From NCBI GenBank assembly GCA_963664405.1, contig OY761158.1, positions 4,832,001-4,896,000 on the forward strand: a DNA stretch of 64,000 nt, written 5' to 3'. This DNA comes from Thermoanaerobaculia bacterium (GTDB lineage Bacteria; Acidobacteriota; Thermoanaerobaculia; Multivoradales; Multivoraceae). Positions 57,535-64,000 of this stretch are shown here, piece by piece. The translations under genes and the position numbers were made by a program. The notes beneath the pieces are model-generated. The model did not search any database. It had not been told where the DNA came from and worked only from the letters and a program-made list of their open reading frames with translations. Positions within the stretch are counted from its first letter, which is position 1. Every line of letters begins with the position of its first letter.

Positions 57535-57960
57535 CTACTTGCGCTTGATGGTTTCCTCGGGGATGTTTTCTCTCGCCCGGGGCTGACGAACGTTCTGGAT
57601 GATGACGGTCTTACCCCGCTCGGTGATGATCGTGCCTAGAACCATTTCGTCTTTGCCGTTTCGCGCCGGCCATCCCAAGATGGTCACGGTTTCACCGACC
57701 TTGGCAATGTCGCGGCGATTGCCCATGTTGTCCCAGCGGCGTGGGTTCATGCTCTCGATCTTCCAAGTTTCCTTGGTGCCGTCGTCGTTTTCGACCTCGA
57801 GGACGAGTTGAATGTGGGGGGCGTTGAACGAGAACTTCGTCAGTACGCAGGTTCGCCGTATTTTGTTGTCGATGTCATACCCCGCGAAGGAGTGATGGGC
57901 CTGCGTTTGAACAGCAAAGAGTGCCGAGAGAATTGCGAGTATGATGAGGGATCGATTCAT
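57535..57960 (-). CDS. DUF6152 family secreted protein
   Basis: Signal then AHHSFA, N.PH, W.IE, G.PAR.G. Confidence 0.8.
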   Translation of the reverse strand: MNRSLIILAILSALFAVQTQAHHSFAGYDIDNKIRRTCVLTKFSFNAPHIQLVLEVENDDGTKETWKIESMNPRRWDNMGNRRDIAKVGETVTILGWPARNGKDEMVLGTIITERGKTVIIQNVRQPRARENIPEETIKRK

Positions 57961-57994
57961 CGCCTTTGCAGTTTATGACGAGATCGGGGAGTGC

Positions 57995-59809
57995 ATGTCA
58001 AGAAGAGTCCACCCCCTCACCGCCCTGAGCGTCTGCGTGCTGGTGGCGATGAGCGCCCACGCCGCGGAGCGCAACGCCTTTTACGGAGATCTCCACGTCC
58101 ACACCCACTTTTCGTTCGACGCCTACTCCTTCGGCAACCGCAATTCGCCCGACGTCGCCTACCAGTATGCGCGTGGGGGGGCTATCCGACATCCCTCCGG
58201 CTACGTGATCCAGCTCGATCGCCCGCTCGATTTCTACGCGGTCACCGACCACGGCCTCTTTCTCGGCATGTTCATGGCGATGGAGGACCCCGCGCATCCG
58301 CTTCACCAGGATCCCGAGGCCCGTCGTTATATCGACTCTCATACCGGCACCCTGGTCACGGGACGGGGACCGGATCTCAGCGCCACCGTCAGCTATCTCC
58401 GGGACCATCCCGATCCGGGGGCCGCGCGCTCGGCATGGCACGAGATCATCGCGTCGGCCGAGCGCAACTACGAGCCGGGCACGCTCACGACCTTCATCGC
58501 CTACGAATACACCTCCTCTCACCCCGACGGCGGAAACCAGCATCGCAACGTGATCTTCCGCGGCTCGGAAGTGCCCGAGCTGCCCTTCTCGCGGATCGAC
58601 TCGGCCAACCCCGAGGATCTCTGGGCGTGGCTCGACGACATGCGTGCACAGGGTATCGAAGGCCTCGCCATTCCCCACAACTCGAACCAGAGCCTCGGCC
58701 GCAGGTTCGCGCGCCAGCAGGAGTCGGGCGAGCCCCTGGACGCCGAGTACGCCCGGCTGCGCATGCGCAACGAGCCCCTCCTCGAGGTGACCCAGATCAA
58801 GGGCACCTCGGAGACACACCCTCTGCTCTCCCCCAACGACGAGTGGGCCGACTTCGAGCTCCTGCCGCTGTCGACCGAGATGGAGCACCTGCGTGGCAGC
58901 TTCGCGCGCGACGCCTACCTCACCGGTCTCGAGTTCGAGGAGAAGGAGGGCTTCAACCCCTACAAGTTCGGGCTGGTCGCTGCGAGCGACGTCCACAACT
59001 CGGGCTCGGCGTTCGAGGAGTCGAAATACACCAGCAAGCTCGGGCTCCACGACGGGACGCCGGAGGGGCGGGGGTCGATTCCCCCGAACGGTGCCAAGAC
59101 GTGGGACGAGGACCACGTAGGAGTGCGCAGGAGTCTGCCCTACTTCGGCGCTTCCGGCCTGGCGGCGGTGTGGGCCGAGGAGAACACCCGCGAATCGATC
59201 TACGACGCCTTCCGCCGCAAGGAGACCTTCGCCACCACCGGGCCGCGCATCCGCCTGCGCTTCTTCGGCAGCTCCGGCTTTGACGACGAAGCCCTTCAGG
59301 ACGCCTTTCTGATCGCGAAGGCTTACGAGCACGGCGTGCCGATGGGCGCCGATCTCCCTGCTCGCGGAAGCGGTGTGCCGCAATTTCTGGTCTGGGCCGT
59401 GCAGGACCCCGAGTCCGCGAAGCTCCAGCGCGTGCAGGTGATCAAGGGCTGGATCGAAGACGGCCGGCCGCAGGAGCGCGTCTACGATGTCGCCTGCTCC
59501 GACGGTCTGGAGGTGGACGCGGAGAGCCATCGCTGTCCCGACAACGGCGCCGCGGTGAATCTCACCGACTGCAGCGTCAGCGCCGGCCTCGGTGCCACGC
59601 AGCTCAGAACACTCTGGACCGATCCCGACTTCGACCGCAGTCAACGCGCCTTCTATTACGTGCGGGCCTTGGAGAATCCGACCTGCCGCTGGTCCACATG
59701 GGATGCAATACGTGCAGGCACACCACCTCGACCAGATCTCGCGACCACGCTGCAAGAGCGTGCCTTCTCGTCTCCGATCTGGCTGATACCGGAGCGCACA
59801 GGGGAGTGA
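57995..59809 (+). CDS. DUF3604 domain (PHP-like) secreted protein
   Basis: GDLHVHT..SFDA, VTDH, HRNVIF, IPHNSN, QERAFSSPIW. Confidence 0.9.
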   Translation: MSRRVHPLTALSVCVLVAMSAHAAERNAFYGDLHVHTHFSFDAYSFGNRNSPDVAYQYARGGAIRHPSGYVIQLDRPLDFYAVTDHGLFLGMFMAMEDPAHPLHQDPEARRYIDSHTGTLVTGRGPDLSATVSYLRDHPDPGAARSAWHEIIASAERNYEPGTLTTFIAYEYTSSHPDGGNQHRNVIFRGSEVPELPFSRIDSANPEDLWAWLDDMRAQGIEGLAIPHNSNQSLGRRFARQQESGEPLDAEYARLRMRNEPLLEVTQIKGTSETHPLLSPNDEWADFELLPLSTEMEHLRGSFARDAYLTGLEFEEKEGFNPYKFGLVAASDVHNSGSAFEESKYTSKLGLHDGTPEGRGSIPPNGAKTWDEDHVGVRRSLPYFGASGLAAVWAEENTRESIYDAFRRKETFATTGPRIRLRFFGSSGFDDEALQDAFLIAKAYEHGVPMGADLPARGSGVPQFLVWAVQDPESAKLQRVQVIKGWIEDGRPQERVYDVACSDGLEVDAESHRCPDNGAAVNLTDCSVSAGLGATQLRTLWTDPDFDRSQRAFYYVRALENPTCRWSTWDAIRAGTPPRPDLATTLQERAFSSPIWLIPERTGE

Positions 59810-59814
59810 CTCGC

Positions 59815-60645
59815 ATGACCTATGAAACCATCGCGGTGAGACCACTCAATCCGACGATCGGAGCTGAAATCGACGGCGTCGATCTCGCGAAGCCGCTGGA
59901 CAGCGAAACCTTTCAGGAGATTCACGATGCCCTGATGCAGCATCAGGTGATCTTCTTTCGTGATCAGGCGATGACCCTGGACGAGCACAAGGCGTTTGGC
60001 CGGCGCTTCGGGGAGCTGCATATCCACCCCGCAGCCAAGAAGACGGAAGGTCATCCGGAGGTCCTGACCATTCATGCCGACGAGAGATCGAAGGTGGTCG
60101 CGGGCATGCGCTGGCACTCCGATGTGTCCTGCGACAACGAGCCGCCGATGGGCAGCATCCTCCATCTACACGAGATCCCCGAGTCGGGCGGCGACACTAT
60201 GTTCGCCTCGATGTACGCGGCCTATGACTCCTTGTCTGAGCCCGTTAAGGGGTTTATCGGCGGCCTCGAGGCCTGGCATGAATCCGCCCATGTGCACCGC
60301 GACCGCCTGGGCCACAAAGGAGAGCTGCGGGATGGCGAGAATTCCTATCCCGTATCTCTGCACCCGATTGTCCGCACCCACCCAGTGACCCAGCGCAAGA
60401 CCCTCTTCGTCAACGAGAATTTCACCACCCGCATCGATGGCCTCGAGCCCAAGGAGAGCGAGGCCATCCTGAAAATGCTCTACGACCACATCGACACGCC
60501 GGAATTCCACTGCCGCTTCACCTGGCGCGAGCGGTCCGTCGCCTTCTGGGACAACCGCTGTGCTCAGCACCGCGTGGTATGGGACTACTATCCCCAGGTT
60601 CGGCACGGCTACCGGGTCACGGTTGCAGGCGATAAACCGTTCTGA
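59815..60645 (+). CDS. tauD: TauD/TfdA alpha-ketoglutarate dioxygenase
   Basis: WHSDVS, GGDT, WDNR..QH. Confidence 0.9.
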   Translation: MTYETIAVRPLNPTIGAEIDGVDLAKPLDSETFQEIHDALMQHQVIFFRDQAMTLDEHKAFGRRFGELHIHPAAKKTEGHPEVLTIHADERSKVVAGMRWHSDVSCDNEPPMGSILHLHEIPESGGDTMFASMYAAYDSLSEPVKGFIGGLEAWHESAHVHRDRLGHKGELRDGENSYPVSLHPIVRTHPVTQRKTLFVNENFTTRIDGLEPKESEAILKMLYDHIDTPEFHCRFTWRERSVAFWDNRCAQHRVVWDYYPQVRHGYRVTVAGDKPF

Positions 60646-60679
60646 TCGATCAGGCCGGCGCAGGGGCGCTGTAGAAGTC

Positions 60680-62152
60680 CTACGCGTCGCAGGTGGGAAA
60701 GGCACCGAGCCCTTCAGTGGTGGCCTGGATCGCTCCCGGTGGGTTGCTCTGGCCATGCGGAGAGTCGGGAGCAGGCGTGAAGAAGGGCTCCTTGAGCCGA
60801 TTGAAAAACTGGCGCAGCGTGCCCGCCTGAAGATCGACGATGGTGACCTCCACCCGCACGTCGGTGAGACCGGCAATGAAGACCCAGAAATTGCGCAGCG
60901 GATTGCCCGAGGGGAAGCCGCAGGCGTCGACCATCTTGATCACGATCTCGATGTTCCCCACCTCGAAAAACTCGAACGAGACGGCGGAGTCGGTGAGCTT
61001 CGTAGCCCGGCCCCTCCCCGACTCGGTCGCAGTCGCGTAGTCGACGATGACGAGGAAACGGCCGATTAGGCACGCACTCTGCTCGCCGTCCTCGCAAGGC
61101 GCACCCCCGTCGTTGTCGTCGATACGGAGGGTAGCCACGCTCGGCTCCACCAGGACGGCGTCGCCGGTCGGGTTCTCGAGCTCCAGCCACACGGTCTCCG
61201 GGATCTCGCCCTCGGTGTCGTCCAAGAGCGGAATGTCGAAGCCCTTGAAGGCGGTGTCACCGTCGCCCCAGCTCAGGGTCCCGGCGACCTCTGTGTAGTC
61301 GGCGCCGGCGCCGGCGGTGCCCGCTGAAGTGGCGTAGTCCACCGAGATCGCTCCCTGCGAGCTACCGGTGCGGCCAACGACCGCCAACCCAAGGCCTTCT
61401 CCCTCGCCGACGCTGAACTGGGCGGAGCTGAAACGCACGAAGCTGGTGGAGCCAAGGTCATCTTCGACGATCGTCAGGGTGGCGCTCGCCGGACTACCGA
61501 GGCGGGCCCCTCCGGTGGGTGAAGAGAGGTTCAGCTTGACCGTCTCGTCGCCCTCTTCGACGCTGTCGTCGAGGATCGCAACGGTCGCCATCTTGGTGCC
61601 GCTGTCTCCGTCCGGCCACGACAGCGTGGTCGTCGTCTTGGTGTAGTCGCTACCGGCCGTGGCGGTGCCGTTCTGTGTCGCCAGCTGCACCGACACGGCG
61701 CCGTCGAAGCGGTCGACCCTCTCGACCGAGATCACCGCGTTTCCCCCGTTTTCGGGCTCGCTGAAGCTAAAGCTGGTGAACTCGAGGGCACCGCCATCGA
61801 TCAGCTCCTCGACGACAATAGTACCGATCATGCCGTCATCGAAGTGAGGCTCGCAGTGGTAGTCGATCGTGCCGGCTTCCTCGAAGGTCAGGGTGAAGCT
61901 CCAGGCAGCGGTCGAGGCGTCGCCGTCGCCGCCCTCGCCGTCGCAGCCGAGGGCACATCGGAAGCTACCGTCGTCGGCTACGACGTTGTGGAAACCGCCG
62001 GTGTTGGTCCAGGTCACCGAGTCACCGACTCGGATCTCCAGGAAATCGATACTGAAGAAGATGTCCTTGGCCTCGATCTCGAAGTTCGCGGCCTCTGCCG
62101 CACTCGCGATCAGCAGCATTGCACTCAGAACGAAAGTACGCTCGAGGTTCAT
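60680..62152 (-). CDS. Secreted protein: cupredoxin + two Calx-beta domains + acidobacterial C-terminal domain
   Basis: HNV...YHCEPH....M type-1 Cu site; GTATAGSDY repeats; FF..N.E..KMVDAC..FWVFIAGLT. Confidence 0.85.
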   Translation of the reverse strand: MNLERTFVLSAMLLIASAAEAANFEIEAKDIFFSIDFLEIRVGDSVTWTNTGGFHNVVADDGSFRCALGCDGEGGDGDASTAAWSFTLTFEEAGTIDYHCEPHFDDGMIGTIVVEELIDGGALEFTSFSFSEPENGGNAVISVERVDRFDGAVSVQLATQNGTATAGSDYTKTTTTLSWPDGDSGTKMATVAILDDSVEEGDETVKLNLSSPTGGARLGSPASATLTIVEDDLGSTSFVRFSSAQFSVGEGEGLGLAVVGRTGSSQGAISVDYATSAGTAGAGADYTEVAGTLSWGDGDTAFKGFDIPLLDDTEGEIPETVWLELENPTGDAVLVEPSVATLRIDDNDGGAPCEDGEQSACLIGRFLVIVDYATATESGRGRATKLTDSAVSFEFFEVGNIEIVIKMVDACGFPSGNPLRNFWVFIAGLTDVRVEVTIVDLQAGTLRQFFNRLKEPFFTPAPDSPHGQSNPPGAIQATTEGLGAFPTCDA

Positions 62153-62231
62153 CCAGACCTCTCCACGATAGCCAGCCGGCCGCCGCACCGCGGACGCTAG
62201 CGTATCGCAGTACTCGGGGCCTCTGACGGGG

Positions 62232-62804
62232 CTACGGAGCTTCGTCTTCGTCTCTGCCGAGCTTGGCTCGCAGCGAGGAGAAGAGGAACCACGCTCCCAG
62301 CGCCATCAGGAACAAGGGCCAGAGGTTGAGGATCCAATCGATGTCGATGCCGAAGTAGCTCTCGAGCGCCGCCAGCAGGCCAACCAAGAGCAGGGCGCCG
62401 CCGGCGATGGAGCCGCCGTAGCCGTAGGCTGTGGGCCGCGGCTGGTCTGTGAGTCCGAGATCGGTAGTGACGCCGTAGTTGATCAGGTTCGCCTGACGCC
62501 AGGCGTCGAGGACGTTGAAGATCCAGATGAAGGCGACGACGAATCCCCACAGTTCGCCTCGATTAGCCGTCATGTGGATCGCGGTGGCGGCGAGGATGAA
62601 GAAAGTGACCCCACGCAGGTAGAGCCCGTTGTAGATATTGCCGGCGCCGGGGAAGAGGGAGAGGAAGCCTGCGAAGAGGGGGCGCTTGCGCATCGGAATC
62701 GGTTGCGGCGCCTCAGAAGCAGCGGAGTCAGGCTCCAGCGGCGGTTCTGGTGGAGGTGGCGGAGGAGCCGCTTCACTTGCGGGGCTATGGCTGTCGGGTT
62801 CCAT
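62232..62804 (-). CDS. Membrane protein (LiaF/DUF5668-like)
   Basis: PGAGNIYNGLY.RG, LWPL.L..LG. Confidence 0.7.
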   Translation of the reverse strand: MEPDSHSPASEAAPPPPPPEPPLEPDSAASEAPQPIPMRKRPLFAGFLSLFPGAGNIYNGLYLRGVTFFILAATAIHMTANRGELWGFVVAFIWIFNVLDAWRQANLINYGVTTDLGLTDQPRPTAYGYGGSIAGGALLLVGLLAALESYFGIDIDWILNLWPLFLMALGAWFLFSSLRAKLGRDEDEAP

Positions 62805-63384
62805 CGTTGTCTCCTTGGGCCGAGATCGGCTCGAGTACAGCCCCGAGCCCTTCGGCCATCTTTCTGCCTAGACGGCGTGCGCTCTGTTCCGTCTCCGAGA
62901 CCTCTGAGCGCACGGCGCCCAGCCAGCCTGAGACGACTCCGCCGCTGCGATCGAGGGCCTCGGTGGCCGCCGCCGCGGCCGCCGAGGCCGAAGCTGTCAT
63001 ATTGCTGAGGGTGGGGGCGAAAAGGTCGTAGGGATTGCCCCAAACGAGCCCGATCGCCAGAACCAGCACGTAGCTGGCTGCGACAGCGTAGAAAGGTGAT
63101 CCGATGAAGGCGGGAACCAAGCGAGGGCGTGGTGGGAAGATCGTTTGGAGCGATCCGGCGAGCCTCGCCGGCAGAGGCGTCTCTTTCTCCATCGGCACCA
63201 AGGCGCCGCGTGCGGAGATCGAGCGTAGCCGTCGACCGAGCTCGGGTGGCAGTGCCGGATCAGAGACCGCACTTCGCTCGATCAGGCTGAGGTACTCGTT
63301 GCAGCTCGAGCAGCGTGCTCGATGGCGCGACGTCGTACCGGGTCGCGCGTTGCGCAGATACAGACGGCAACCGAGACTCAGCAT
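62785..63384 (-). CDS. Putative zinc anti-sigma factor
   Basis: HRARCSSC (HxxxCxxC), one TM helix, follows the ECF sigma gene. Confidence 0.65.
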   Translation of the reverse strand: MLSLGCRLYLRNARPGTTSRHRARCSSCNEYLSLIERSAVSDPALPPELGRRLRSISARGALVPMEKETPLPARLAGSLQTIFPPRPRLVPAFIGSPFYAVAASYVLVLAIGLVWGNPYDLFAPTLSNMTASASAAAAAATEALDRSGGVVSGWLGAVRSEVSETEQSARRLGRKMAEGLGAVLEPISAQGDNDGTRQP

Positions 63385-63998
63385 GTCGCCACCCGCAGAC
63401 TTCGCTCGGAGATCGCCTCTGTGGCGTCTTGTGTCCCCGTCGAGCTGTGTCTCTTTTGAAGACGCTCGATGAGCTCCAGCCGAGCCCTCCTGAGCCTCGA
63501 CTTGAGAGTGCCGACCCGCAGATCGAGGAGGGCAGCGATCTCGAGATAGGAGAGACCCTGTAGATCTCTCAGTGCAATGACGATCGCCTCCTCTTCTCTC
63601 ATCTCGCGCAGGGTGGCGTGCACTTGAGCCAGAAGCTCGCGTCGCTGGGCGTCGAGCTGGGGATCGTCTCCCGAAGGTGCCAGCTCGAGCGCGGCCTCGT
63701 TGATGAAAGTGGCTTCCCGCTCTCTTCGTGTCTGGCGATAGTGGTCGATGCAGAGATTGCGCGACAGCCTGAGGGTCCAGGCGAGCAGTGGAACGTCGCC
63801 GCGGTATTTGCTCAGGTTGCGAAACAGGCGCAGAAAGACATCCTGCGTCAGATCCTCGGCCTGCTCACGAGTGCTCGAGAAGTGGAGGGCGAGGCTGAAG
63901 ATCCTGCCCCCGTAGAGCTCGATGATCGCGTCCCAGGCTGCGGCCTTACCGGCGACTGCCTGCCGCGCGAGATCGAGGTCGGAGGATAGATCTCGGCT
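63378..63998 (-). CDS. ECF sigma-70 factor, 5'-partial at window edge
   Basis: AEDLTQDVFLRLF, W....SRNLCIDHYR, GLSYLEIA.LL...VGTLKSRLRRAR. Confidence 0.9.
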   Translation of the reverse strand, partial: SRDLSSDLDLARQAVAGKAAAWDAIIELYGGRIFSLALHFSSTREQAEDLTQDVFLRLFRNLSKYRGDVPLLAWTLRLSRNLCIDHYRQTRREREATFINEAALELAPSGDDPQLDAQRRELLAQVHATLREMREEEAIVIALRDLQGLSYLEIAALLDLRVGTLKSRLRRARLELIERLQKRHSSTGTQDATEAISERSLRVATC

Positions 63999-64000
63999 GC

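Noticed and set aside
57998-59845. 615-aa minus-strand ORF
   Set aside because: Antisense shadow of the DUF3604 gene.
1-64000. CRISPR array, tRNA/rRNA, reverse transcriptase (retron/DGR)
   Set aside because: No regularly spaced short repeats, RNA gene signatures or RT motifs were recognised.

Overview
A GC-rich bacterial accessory region, probably from a Thermoanaerobaculia-like Acidobacterium. This is inferred from the Calx-beta/'FFxxxNxExxxKxxDxC...FWVFxxGLT' secreted protein and the kinase-TolB-repeat protein. From 1 to 16 kb it is a decaying defence island. It holds a BrxD/DUF2791-like ATPase convergent with an Lhr-like helicase, a truncated SF2 helicase with a YbjN-like partner, darG with an internally deleted darT, and a DUF488/phosphatase/TIGR02452 operon split by a four-ORF IS21 element with a 5-bp target duplication. 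From 16 to 46 kb it is a mosaic of 1-2 gene units, including five apparently intact TA pairs, separated by gene stubs. The recurring spacers are (i) diverged copies of the 3' end of one DUF222-HNH gene that end in a covarying palindrome, (ii) a non-coding repeat family built round GGTGCCACCC that lies upstream of TA/defence genes and at gene truncation points, and (iii) 25-150 bp diverged direct repeats of gene ends bracketing the inserted units. From 46 to 64 kb it is more ordinary catabolic and secreted genes plus an ECF sigma/anti-sigma operon. The best candidate for a new system is an integrase-free, integron-like gene-accretion array associated with the DUF222-HNH element and the GGTGCCACCC repeats. 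All family calls come from motif recognition by eye; no searches were run.
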